From Candidatus Eiseniibacteriota bacterium (GTDB lineage: Bacteria; Eisenbacteria; RBG-16-71-46): 64,000 nucleotides of DNA. The notes beneath the pieces were generated by a model. It did not search any database. It was given only the letters and a program-made list of their open reading frames with translations, and was not told the DNA's origin. A program made the position numbers and the translations under genes. Location: positions 160,001-224,000 of the forward strand of contig CAVUWA010000011.1 in assembly GCA_963744995.1 (NCBI GenBank), given 5' to 3'. How positions within the stretch are numbered: the first letter of the stretch is position 1; each line of letters begins with the position of its first letter. Below, in pieces: positions 29,110 to 43,155 of this stretch.

Positions 29110-29829
29110 TCAGCCGCTCCAGGCCTGCCGCGCCCCCTGCATCGCGAAGCTCTGCTTCTGCCGGTACATGCGATCGTCCGCCTGGTCGAGCAGGTGCCCG
29201 GCGGTCGACGTGCCGTCCCACACCACCACGCCGAGGCTCACGTGCGAGCTCTTCGGCGAGCGGTCCGTGAAGGTCCGGGCGACGCGCTCGGCGATCACGT
29301 CCGCGCCGCGGCGGTCCGCCGAGACGATCATCACGAATTCGTCGCCGCCGACGCGGTAGGCGCCGTCGCTGCCGAGCCGCGAGCACGAGCGCAGCACCGC
29401 GCCGAGAATGCGCAACGTCTCGTCGCCGCTCGCGTGGCCGTAGTCGTCGTTGAGCGTCTTGAGCGCGTCCACGTCCATGTAGATCAGCGCCACCGGCTCG
29501 GAGATGCGCGCGGCGTAGCGCAGGCGCAGATCGAGATCGCGCTCGAATGCGCGGCGGTTGCCAAGACCGGTGAGCGGGTCGGTGAGCGTGAGCGCCTCCA
29601 GCTGTTCGACGTGACGCCGGGCGACGCGCTGTTCGCGCGCGATCAGCGTGACGATCCAGCCGCCGAGCAGAAGGATGATCGACGAGCTCAGCGCCTCGCG
29701 CAGATAGGGCGTGCTCGAGGGCGGCGGCAGCAGGGCAACGAGCCACGGCAGGACCACGAGCGCGGCGAGCAGGATCACCGGAACGACGAGGATCCGCCCG
29801 GGGCGCGACACGCCTCTCGCCGGCTGCAT
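29110..29829 (-). CDS. Membrane-anchored diguanylate cyclase
   Basis: Two TM helices, TDPLTGLGNRRAF, NDDYGHASGD, RVGGDEF. Confidence 0.92.
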   Translation of the reverse strand: MQPARGVSRPGRILVVPVILLAALVVLPWLVALLPPPSSTPYLREALSSSIILLLGGWIVTLIAREQRVARRHVEQLEALTLTDPLTGLGNRRAFERDLDLRLRYAARISEPVALIYMDVDALKTLNDDYGHASGDETLRILGAVLRSCSRLGSDGAYRVGGDEFVMIVSADRRGADVIAERVARTFTDRSPKSSHVSLGVVVWDGTSTAGHLLDQADDRMYRQKQSFAMQGARQAWSG

Positions 29830-30012
29830 CCTGCGCTCGTTCAGGCGGCACCTCGCTCGTGACGGATGCTGCGCCCGCAGCCCTGCGGGCGCGGATTCGA
29901 GTTCGACCGCGGGACGATACGCCGCGCGCGAAACGCCGGTCAACGAATGCGGCCGCGGCCGGCCGCCGGACCTGCTGCATTCCCGGCGGGGCGGCCGGCA
30001 CGGAGCAAAGCA

Positions 30013-30042
30013 GAACCGGGGGCGCGGATGCGCCCCCGGTTC
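30013..30042 (-). terminator. Intrinsic terminator
   Basis: GAACCGGGGGCGC-N4-GCGCCCCCGGTTC, followed by TGCTTT on the minus strand. Confidence 0.7.
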
Positions 30043-30070
30043 GGGTCGGCCTCTCGTTGGCCGGACGGGA

Positions 30071-30988
30071 TCAGCGATAGATCGACTTCACCTGTCCCCA
30101 CGAGGCCGGCGTCGTCTTCGTCGAACCGCAGTGGCCCGGGCCGGTGACGCCGTTGTTCCAGTCGTCGAGCGACTGCGTCAGCGCGCTGGTCGCGCCCGGC
30201 GCCAGGTAGTCGCCGCCGACCGGCGGAACCACCAGGCCGCCGATCAGCGCGTCGGCCGCCGCGACGTCCGCGGCGACGCCGCTCGGATCGGCGCCGAACG
30301 CCAGGTTCAGCTTCGCCGCGATCAGCTGGTGCGCGAGGATGATCAGACCATTGCCACCCGCCGGCGTGTTGAGGATGTCGAGCAGCTGCGCCTGCGTGTA
30401 GTTCACGGTGCCCAGCGTCAGGTTCAGCACCGGCCAGTCACCGGGGTGAGTCTTCCAGTAGCCCTGCGTGTACGTGCAGTTGTTGTCGATCGTCGAGCCG
30501 ACGACGTTCGACGAGTAGGCGCTCGCGGTGACGGAACCGCCGTCGCCGAGGGCCCAGGCACAGAACACGTACTCGACGCCCGGCTCGAGCTCGGTGAGCG
30601 CGAGCGTGTTGGTCTGCGTGAGGCCGGTTTCGTCGAACAGATCGCCGATCTCGATCTTCGCAGTCTGGTTCGGAGCCAGCGCGAAGCTCGTCAGCGTGCC
30701 GCCCCACGTGTTGAGGGTGGGCGTGCCGGTGAAGTACACGGCGGCCTGGAGCTGGTTGCCCGACGGGAACCATTGCTGGCCGACCGCGTCGAAGGTGGAC
30801 TTCTTCATCCACCAGAGCGTGAAGCCGTTGGGCGCGCCCGAGGGGCCCGCGGTGACATCGACCACCCATTTGGCCTTGCCGGCGCCGACGCTGCTCACGT
30901 CGGGGGTGTCGAGCTGAGCGAATGCGACGAGGGGAATCGACAGCGCCGTCAGCACGACGACGGCAGGAAACAGGTAGCGCTTGAACAT
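30071..30988 (-). CDS. Secreted protein (FN3-like + TQGYWKTH domain) with C-terminal SWGQVKSIYR tail
   Basis: Signal peptide, LEPGVEYVFCAWA, CTYTQGYWKTH, LAHQLIAAKLN. Confidence 0.8.
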   Translation of the reverse strand: MFKRYLFPAVVVLTALSIPLVAFAQLDTPDVSSVGAGKAKWVVDVTAGPSGAPNGFTLWWMKKSTFDAVGQQWFPSGNQLQAAVYFTGTPTLNTWGGTLTSFALAPNQTAKIEIGDLFDETGLTQTNTLALTELEPGVEYVFCAWALGDGGSVTASAYSSNVVGSTIDNNCTYTQGYWKTHPGDWPVLNLTLGTVNYTQAQLLDILNTPAGGNGLIILAHQLIAAKLNLAFGADPSGVAADVAAADALIGGLVVPPVGGDYLAPGATSALTQSLDDWNNGVTGPGHCGSTKTTPASWGQVKSIYR

Positions 30989-31380
30989 GGTGATGCCTCC
31001 GAGGATCACGAGGTGTTGCGCCTGAGATGCGCCGCTGAAACGGGAACGGTTCGGTCTCTGCGGCTCGGAAGCGCTGCTGACTCTCTCTGGAGACTTGCGG
31101 CGCCCGGTTGTGGGAATGGGGGTTCCCACGCAGCCAGCTGTTGGTAGGATGACATGGCGTGGAGCGTGACTCAAGCGATGATTTCAATGAAACCCTTGGC
31201 ATCGTGTCGGTTAGCCGTCCGGAGTTTGCTGATTGAAAACGCTGCGCAGGCACGCCCTCGCGGAATCCGGAACATCTCGAACACCGGGTGACGCCGCGCG
31301 CGGCTGCGCACGGGACGGGGACCTGCTACTATCGCCGCGCGTTTCTCCACTCGCCCCCGGGATCTCCGAGGAGCCTCGCC

Positions 31381-31854
31381 ATGCCAGAAGTTCAAGCAGG
31401 ACCACGTGTTCGGCCTCTCGATGAGCTCGACCTCGGCGCCATCACCCGCATCGACGAGCGGATCGGCGGGAGGTACCGGCCTGAGATCTGGGAGGATCGC
31501 GTGGGCTACTACCTGCGGCGCGACCCGGACGCATCCCAGGTGGTCGAGGTCGACGGCGCGGTGGTCGGATTCATGATGGGTGACATTCGCAATGGAGAAT
31601 TCGGCATCGAAGAACCCAGTGGATGGATCGAGCGCTTCGGCATCGACCCCGACTTCCGCGGCCGCGACCTCGGCAAATACCTGTTCGCGGCGGTCACGGC
31701 CCATTTCGGCGAACAGGGCGTCCGCACCGTGCGCACGCTCGTGAGCGAGAAGGACAAGGGCGTATCGGGTTTCCTCGAGGCCATGGGGTTCCAGCCTTCT
31801 CCGCTCCGGGCGCTCGAGCTGTCGCTGCCCCCGTCCACATCCGCAAAGGCATGA
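31381..31854 (+). CDS. GNAT-family N-acetyltransferase
   Basis: VVGFM, FGIDPDFRGRDLG, FLEAMGF. RBS GAGGAG. Extended -10 TGCTACTAT upstream. Confidence 0.88.
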   Translation: MPEVQAGPRVRPLDELDLGAITRIDERIGGRYRPEIWEDRVGYYLRRDPDASQVVEVDGAVVGFMMGDIRNGEFGIEEPSGWIERFGIDPDFRGRDLGKYLFAAVTAHFGEQGVRTVRTLVSEKDKGVSGFLEAMGFQPSPLRALELSLPPSTSAKA

Positions 31855-33182
31855 CGATGAAGGTCGAAAACATCGTTCTCGAAAAGAAGTATCACGACGC
31901 CGTGGAACACTGGCGCCGTCACAATCTCAAGGACTACGACCTCCTCCTCAAGAACTGGGAGAAGTTCTTCCCCAAGGACGAACCGTTCTGCCTGTGCGCG
32001 AAGATGGAGTGCGGCACGCCCGACACGGTCAAGGTCGGCGCGCATGCGGGCGAGAAGAAGCGCCTGAAGCCCGACGAGCTGACCGAAGAGGAGGCGACGC
32101 ATCTGCTGGCGATCATCCGCGCCCAGGCCTCCACCGAATTCGGCTCGATTCAGCAGCATGCCGGCACGATCGAGCGCGCCCAGGACGAGGAAGACAAGTA
32201 CTGGGTGCTGCGCGTCATGGCCGAAGAGCTGCGCCACGGCTACCAGATGTTTCACCTGCTCCTGTCGCAGGACTGGAGCAAGGTGTCGGGCGGCATGAAG
32301 GGCGAGGACATGGTCGAGGAGATCCTGTCCATGCAGACCGGGTCGCACGTGCTCGACGCGTTCAACCTCGAGTACGACTCGTTCATCGACAACGTCTGCT
32401 TCGCCGCGCTGGTCGACCGGGTCGGCAAATACCAGCTCACGATGCAGCGCGTGTGTGCGTACCGGCCGATGGCCGACAGCATGCCGCCGATGCTGCGCGA
32501 AGAAGCATTTCACCTCGCGGCCGGCGTGATCCCGCTGCGACGCTGGGCGAAGCGCGCGGCGCAGGGCGACGTGTTCATCACGATGGACGCGATCCAGAAA
32601 TCCATCAACAAGTGGTTCCCGCGTGCGCTCGAGATGTTCGGAGACGAGCGCGGCGGCAGCAAGAACCTCGCATTCGGCTTCAAAGACATGAAGAATCGCG
32701 AAGCGCAGGACATGTACATCGAAGAAGTCAGCCGCATGATCCGCGACATCAACATGCGCTTCCTGCGGGCCCGCTTCCCCGATGATGCGGTCGAGAAATG
32801 CGAGCAGGTGCTCGACGATCTCGTCATGTCGCGCGGCCGGCACCAGGGCGTGACCTACGACGACCTGATCCATCTCCCGGACCGGCGCTTCTTCCGCCGC
32901 AAGGGCGAGCACGCCTGGAAGATGATCGGCGTCGACGGCGAGAGCTACGATGACCGCCAGACCTGGCTGCGCTACCTTTCGAAGCATCTGCCCGAGCCGT
33001 ACATGGCCAGCTGGGACCTGAAGATGTACGCAGAAACGCTCGGCAAGGTCCTGTCCGGCGAGTATTCCGTCGAAGACGGTATTCGCAGGATGCCGAAGCT
33101 CAAGCGTGTCGGCGGTAACTGCCCCTGTTCCCGCTCGGTTCGCTGGGTCGTCGATGAACCGGCGGCCACGAACGGCCATTGA
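31851..33182 (+). CDS. Ferritin-like diiron protein, BoxB/PaaA (aryl-CoA epoxidase) family
   Basis: QASTE, EELRH, LDAFN, DRVGKYQL, MLREEAFH, IQKSINKWF parallel recalled BoxB motifs. Confidence 0.75.
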   Translation: MTMKVENIVLEKKYHDAVEHWRRHNLKDYDLLLKNWEKFFPKDEPFCLCAKMECGTPDTVKVGAHAGEKKRLKPDELTEEEATHLLAIIRAQASTEFGSIQQHAGTIERAQDEEDKYWVLRVMAEELRHGYQMFHLLLSQDWSKVSGGMKGEDMVEEILSMQTGSHVLDAFNLEYDSFIDNVCFAALVDRVGKYQLTMQRVCAYRPMADSMPPMLREEAFHLAAGVIPLRRWAKRAAQGDVFITMDAIQKSINKWFPRALEMFGDERGGSKNLAFGFKDMKNREAQDMYIEEVSRMIRDINMRFLRARFPDDAVEKCEQVLDDLVMSRGRHQGVTYDDLIHLPDRRFFRRKGEHAWKMIGVDGESYDDRQTWLRYLSKHLPEPYMASWDLKMYAETLGKVLSGEYSVEDGIRRMPKLKRVGGNCPCSRSVRWVVDEPAATNGH

Positions 33183-33278
33183 CCGTTCCCACGAGGCCCT
33201 TTGACGGCGCGCCCCCCCGGGCGCGCCGTTTCCACTGACCCCGATCTTCCGCCGCTTGCGCGCGCGGGAGGAGGACCG

Positions 33279-34883
33279 GTGCAGCGCACTTCGCACGTCG
33301 CCTACTTCTGCATGGAGTTCGGACTCCACGAATCTTTCCCCATCTACTCCGGCGGTCTCGGCATTCTCGCCGGCGACTTCATCAAGGCCGCCCACGATCT
33401 CGGCAAGCCGCTGGTCGCGATCGGCCTGCGCTGGGACCGCGGCTACTGCACGCAGACGATCGACGCCGACGGCAAGCCCCACGACGAATTTCCGAAGTAC
33501 GACTACTCGTTCCTCGAAGACACCGGGGTGCGCGTTCGGGTTCGCGTCCACGATGAAGAGGTGCCGTGCCGCGTCTGGCACACGCAGAAGTTCGGCCACG
33601 TGCCGCTCTATCTGCTGGAGCCGGTGCGCGACGAGCACCGCTGGATCACGCACCGCCTGTACGAAAGCGGCACCGAGGTGCGCCTTGCGCAGGAACTGCT
33701 GCTGGGGATCGGCGGCATGCGCGCCCTCGAATGGCTCGGGATTCCGATCTCGACCTATCACTTCAACGAGGGGCACGCCGTGTTCGCCGGCATCGAGCAC
33801 ATCGCCTCGATCATGGAGAGCGGTGTCAGCTTCGAGGACGCCTGGCGGCAGACGCGCGAGAAGATCGTGTTCACCACCCACACGCCGGTGAAGGCGGGGA
33901 ACGAGGAACACTCGCTCAAGGACCTGCGGCGGATGGGCGCATGCCTGCAGCTGTCGGGCGCCGAAATGCGCGCGATCGGTGGGGATCCGTTCAACATGAC
34001 CATCGCCGGGCTGCGGCTCAGCCGCCTCGCCAATGCAGTGTCCGTGCTGCACACGGAGACCTCGCGCCACATGTGGAACCACGTCACCGGCGCCGCGCCG
34101 ATCATCGACATCACCAACGCCGTCCACGCGCACACGTGGCAGGCGGAGTCGATCCGCGCAGCGGACGAGGATCCGCAGCGGATCTGGGACGCCCACGTCG
34201 GGCTCAAGAAGGAGCTGATCGCCGAGATTCGCCGCCGCGAGGGATCGACGATCCCCGAGGATGCGCTGCTCGTCGCGTTCGCGCGGCGCGCCGCCGGGTA
34301 CAAGCGCAGCGATCTCGTGCTGCGCGATCCCGACAGGCTGGAGTGGCTCTTCAACCACACGCCCATCCACCTGGTGTTCTCGGGCAAGGCGCACCCCGAC
34401 GACCTGCCCGGCAAGCTGGTCGTGTCGCGGCTCGTCGAGGCGCAGCAGCGCCATCCCGGCCGCGTCGTGTTCCTGCAGAACTACAACATGGAACTCGGCC
34501 GTCTGCTGACGCGCGGCGCCGACGTGTGGCTCAACAATCCCACGCGTCCGCTCGAGGCCAGCGGCACCTCCGGCATGAAGGCCGCCTTCAACGGCGTGTT
34601 GAACCTCAGCATCCTCGACGGCTGGTGGCCCGAGGGCTGCGAGCACGGCGTCAACGGCTGGGCTTTCGGCGAGGGCAAGGCCGGCAACGATGCCGCGGAC
34701 CTCGCCGCGCTCTACGACGCGCTGCGCGACGAGGTCCTGCCGGCGTGGAACGACCGGCCGCGCTGGATCGGCATGATGCGGGCGAGCGTCCACATGGCGG
34801 CGACGCGATTCACCGCCGCCCGCATGGTGAACGATTATTTCGAAAAGCTCTACGCGCCACTCGGCGTCCCTGCCGACACCTGA
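33279..34883 (+). CDS. glgP: Alpha-glucan phosphorylase (short form)
   Basis: YSGGLGILAGD, HFNEGH, FTTHTP, ARRAAGYKR, EASGTSGMK. RBS GGAGGAGG before GTG. Confidence 0.9.
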   Translation: MQRTSHVAYFCMEFGLHESFPIYSGGLGILAGDFIKAAHDLGKPLVAIGLRWDRGYCTQTIDADGKPHDEFPKYDYSFLEDTGVRVRVRVHDEEVPCRVWHTQKFGHVPLYLLEPVRDEHRWITHRLYESGTEVRLAQELLLGIGGMRALEWLGIPISTYHFNEGHAVFAGIEHIASIMESGVSFEDAWRQTREKIVFTTHTPVKAGNEEHSLKDLRRMGACLQLSGAEMRAIGGDPFNMTIAGLRLSRLANAVSVLHTETSRHMWNHVTGAAPIIDITNAVHAHTWQAESIRAADEDPQRIWDAHVGLKKELIAEIRRREGSTIPEDALLVAFARRAAGYKRSDLVLRDPDRLEWLFNHTPIHLVFSGKAHPDDLPGKLVVSRLVEAQQRHPGRVVFLQNYNMELGRLLTRGADVWLNNPTRPLEASGTSGMKAAFNGVLNLSILDGWWPEGCEHGVNGWAFGEGKAGNDAADLAALYDALRDEVLPAWNDRPRWIGMMRASVHMAATRFTAARMVNDYFEKLYAPLGVPADT

Positions 34884-34966
34884 GCGCGGGCGGCGGGCCG
34901 CCCCCGTTCGTCACGCGGCAGACGAAAGTCCGTGCACGCCGCGCGCATCGTGGGTACCATTTCCGC

Positions 34967-35044
34967 ATGCGACTTCGTCACGCGTATACGAGCGGCGCCT
35001 ATCTCCTCCGGGAGACGGGCCTCGCCGTGCGTGACGGAGCCTGA
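34967..35044 (+). CDS. Putative leaderless attenuator leader peptide MRLRHAYTSGAYLLRETGLAVRDGA
   Basis: ATG 6 nt after -10 TACCAT. Two TAT codons. Followed by a terminator before aroH-tyrA. Confidence 0.6.
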   Translation: MRLRHAYTSGAYLLRETGLAVRDGA

Positions 35045-35059
35045 CCGTCCGAATCCGGC

Positions 35060-35101
35060 AAGAGCCCGCTCCCGTCGCGCGGGGGCGGGCTCTTCGCTTT
35101 T
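35060..35101 (+). terminator. Attenuator terminator hairpin
   Basis: AAGAGCCCGCTCCCG-TCGCG-CGGGGGCGGGCTCTT-CGCTTTT. Confidence 0.75.
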
Positions 35102-35116
35102 CCCGGCGCGGCGGCC

Positions 35117-36289
35117 ATGAAGGAATCCCTCATGACCGATGCCCAGGTGCCGTCCATCGCCGCCGTGCGCGGCGCGATCACCGTCTCCGCCAACGACGGG
35201 TCCGCGATCCTCGAAGCCACCTCGCGGCTGCTCGCCGCCCTCCTGTCCACGAACGCGCTGCGTCCGGAGGACGTGATCAGCGCGCTGTTCACCGCCACGG
35301 AGGATCTCGACGCGGACTTTCCCGCGCACGCGGCGCGTCGCATGGGCTGGCGGCACGTGCCGATGCTGTGTGCGCGGGAGATCCCGGTGCCGGACGCGCT
35401 GGCGCGGGTCGTGCGCGTCATGCTCACGGTGCGGGCCGCGACGTCCGGCGCACTCGAGTCCGTCTACCTGGACGGCGCCGCCGTTCTGCGCCCGGACCTG
35501 GCGCCCGGCCCCGCCGCGAGCCGGGAACGATGGCGGGTGGCGGTCATCGGCCTCGGCCAGATCGGCGGGTCCATCGGTCTCGCGTTGCGCGGGCGCGGCT
35601 GGCTGCGGACGGGCTTCGACATCGACCCGGCCACCCGCACGGCCGCGCGCGCGGGCGGAGCGATCGACGAAACCGCACCCGACGTCGTGGCGGCATGCGC
35701 CCGCGCGGACCTCGCGGTCATCGCGGTGCCGATGGATGCGATGCCGGGCGCGATCAGCGCGGCAGCCCGTGCGCTGCCGCGGGGCGCGGCGCTGCTCGAC
35801 ACCGGCAGCGCGCGCGCGCCGCTCCAGGCGAGCCTGGCCGCGGCGGCGGCAGGCGGCATCGCCGCCGTCGGCGGCCACCCGCTCGCGGGAAGCGAGGGCC
35901 GCGGCTTCGAGGCCGCGCGCGCAGGGCTGTTTCGCGATGCGCCGTTCGTGCTCCTGCCGGCGGCGGAAGAGGTGCCGCCGATCGTGCGTGCGCTGCTGAG
36001 CGACATCGGCGCCGTCGAGACCACGGTCGACGCGGAAGCGCATGATCGCGCGCTGGCCCGCACCAGCCACCTTCCCTACCTGCTGAGCGGAGCGATCGCC
36101 GCGCTTGGCGCTGCAGCGGCCACGTCCGGTCTCGCGGGACCCGGCTTCCGCGACATGACCCGCCTGGCGCGAAGCGATCCGGGCATGGCCGGCGCCTACT
36201 GCAGGGCGAACGCGTCCGAGGTCGCGGCAGCGTGGGCGGAGCTGCGCGTCGCCATGGATGCGCGCGTCGCGGCGCTCACGGACTCGTAG
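35117..36289 (+). CDS. aroH-tyrA: AroH-type chorismate mutase fused to prephenate dehydrogenase
   Basis: AVRGAIT, FTATEDL..DFPA..AR, VYLDGAAVLRPDL, then GLGQIGGS, GGHPLAGSE, HDRALARTSHLP, GFRDMTRLA. Confidence 0.88.
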   Translation: MKESLMTDAQVPSIAAVRGAITVSANDGSAILEATSRLLAALLSTNALRPEDVISALFTATEDLDADFPAHAARRMGWRHVPMLCAREIPVPDALARVVRVMLTVRAATSGALESVYLDGAAVLRPDLAPGPAASRERWRVAVIGLGQIGGSIGLALRGRGWLRTGFDIDPATRTAARAGGAIDETAPDVVAACARADLAVIAVPMDAMPGAISAAARALPRGAALLDTGSARAPLQASLAAAAAGGIAAVGGHPLAGSEGRGFEAARAGLFRDAPFVLLPAAEEVPPIVRALLSDIGAVETTVDAEAHDRALARTSHLPYLLSGAIAALGAAAATSGLAGPGFRDMTRLARSDPGMAGAYCRANASEVAAAWAELRVAMDARVAALTDS

Positions 36290-36301
36290 GCGCCGGCGGG
36301 C

Positions 36302-36805
36302 TCAGTCGGCTCCGGGCGGCGGCGCCTCGGCGGCGGCCGTCTCGATCTCCACCAGTGTGGCGAGGTACTCCTCGGGGAGACGATGGTGCCGCGCGCCGGC
36401 GAGGACCCGCTCCATGTAGCGGGCAGAAGGCGGCGCGGGGTGTGCGGGCCGCGCGACGTAGGTCCACGCCCGCACCTTGCGGGGGATGGACCCGTCGTCC
36501 GGACGGACGAGCTCGAGCGTGACGTGCTCGCGGTCGTGGGCGTTGTGCTGGTCGCCTTCGGCAACGAACCCCTCGAACCCGTCGAGCTTTTCGAGATCGG
36601 CGTCGCTCAGCTCGTACACCACGCCCCACATGGTCTCGCCGTGGGCGAGCTGGATGCTGGCCGTTCCGCCGCCCCAGCGATTCGAGAAGCGCGGGAATCC
36701 GATGCGGTAGTTCTGCAGCGACGCCAGCCCCACGACGGCGCTGTCCGGGCAGCGTTCCTTCATCTGTGCGGGATCGAGATTCGAACCGTAGGCGAAATAG
36801 AGCAT
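36302..36805 (-). CDS. Gamma-glutamylcyclotransferase family protein
   Basis: YFAYGSNL, WGVVYEL, LDGFEG. Confidence 0.9.
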   Translation of the reverse strand: MLYFAYGSNLDPAQMKERCPDSAVVGLASLQNYRIGFPRFSNRWGGGTASIQLAHGETMWGVVYELSDADLEKLDGFEGFVAEGDQHNAHDREHVTLELVRPDDGSIPRKVRAWTYVARPAHPAPPSARYMERVLAGARHHRLPEEYLATLVEIETAAAEAPPPGAD

Positions 36806-37025
36806 CGGGTCTCCACGGACTCGCCGCGTGATTCGTTCGCTCGTTCACGAAGGTGGGTGCGGCCCGGTCGAGCGTCCGTCCTGCCTGGCTGCGCTCCGGC
36901 AGAATAGCGCAATTGCCCGATGGCCGCCCCCGATTGTACGCGTGGTGAGCGCTGGCTATCATGCGGTGGCCGCCTTGTCCGGGTACCCCCTGACCCCGTT
37001 CGCCATCCAACACACGGAGTTGCAG

Positions 37026-37757
37026 ATGCCGGTGGATATTCTCGCTTTCGGGCCGCATCCCGACGACGCCGAGATCGGCGCCGGAGCGACCCTCTTGAAG
37101 ATGAAGCAACTGGGCCACACGACCGGCATCATCGATCTGACGACCGGCGACATGGGCCTGGGCACGCCGGCCATCCGCGCCGAAGAAAGCCGGCGCGCCG
37201 CGGAGATCCTGAAGCTCGACGTGCGCGAGAACCTGGATCTCGGCGACTGGCGCGTGGCCGACACGTTCGAGAACCAGTGCAAGGTGGCGGCGGTGATCCG
37301 CAGACACCGGCCGAAGATCGTGCTCACGACATGGTACGACCTGCCGATCACGCGGGGCCTCGGGCACAACGACCATTACAAGGGCGGTCAGATCGTGGCC
37401 AACGCATTCAACCTCGCGCATCTGCGCAAGCCGCCGATCGACGGCGAGCCCTATCAGGCGCAGGCGATCTTCTTCTTCTTCCTGCCGCCCAACGCGCAAC
37501 CGACGTTCATCGTGGACGTGAGCGATACGATCGAGGAAGCGATCGCGGCGGTGGAGTGTCACCAGAGCCAGTTCAACAACCCGGCGCGACCGCGCCCGGA
37601 AGGATTCCCAACCCTGCCCGAGCGGATTCGGAGTTCGTCGCAGAACTGGGGATGGCAGGTCGGCGCCCGATACGGCCAGCCGTTCCTGGCGAATACCGCG
37701 CTGCGCGTGCACGACGTGGTGGACCTGATCAAGGACGTCACGCCGAGACCCGTTTAG
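37026..37757 (+). CDS. bshB1: PIG-L family deacetylase, BshB1-like
   Basis: GPHPDDAE, DLTTGDMG..GT..IR..E, HNDH, HQSQF. Confidence 0.7.
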   Translation: MPVDILAFGPHPDDAEIGAGATLLKMKQLGHTTGIIDLTTGDMGLGTPAIRAEESRRAAEILKLDVRENLDLGDWRVADTFENQCKVAAVIRRHRPKIVLTTWYDLPITRGLGHNDHYKGGQIVANAFNLAHLRKPPIDGEPYQAQAIFFFFLPPNAQPTFIVDVSDTIEEAIAAVECHQSQFNNPARPRPEGFPTLPERIRSSSQNWGWQVGARYGQPFLANTALRVHDVVDLIKDVTPRPV

Positions 37758-37833
37758 AGGAACTCGCGCAGGCGGTGCTCCGGATGCACGTCCGGGGTGG
37801 CGACGGCGCGGGCGTATCGGACCCGGACCGTCG

Positions 37834-42922
<5,089 letters not shown>

Positions 42923-43086
42923 TCGCGAATCGGCGCACAATTATTGCAATTGAATGGGTTATGCAGTTGCAGCGTTGCACGCTTCGCAGATGTCTGCGAA
43001 ACTCCCTCCCACGCAGGCACTTCCTCCCACCGTCTAAGCATCTTCTTTTGCAATGAGTTGCGCGATGATTTCCAGAGCGCCGTTCG

Positions 43087-43101
43087 TGGCATGGATCTGG
43101 C
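43087..43101 (+). promoter_or_regulatory. Putative sigma54 promoter with IHF-like site and AT-rich upstream region
   Basis: TGGCATGGATCTGGC (GG-N10-GC). CAATGAGTTG at 43051-43060. Repeated TTGCA/TGCA elements at 42940-42980. Confidence 0.55.
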
Positions 43102-43155
43102 CCTCTCTGACTGCAGTTCCCGCCCCTGGGAAGCGAGCCGTCACGGAGGAAGTCC

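Noticed and set aside
31000..31100. Glycine riboswitch (minus-strand GAGAGA and TCTCAGG words)
   Set aside because: The central CCGAAG-GCAA core and helix arrangement are missing, and the downstream gene is unrelated to glycine metabolism.
34932..35101. T-box riboswitch upstream of aroH-tyrA
   Set aside because: No TGGNACC T-box bulge before the terminator, and the leader is too short for stem I. A leader-peptide model fits better.
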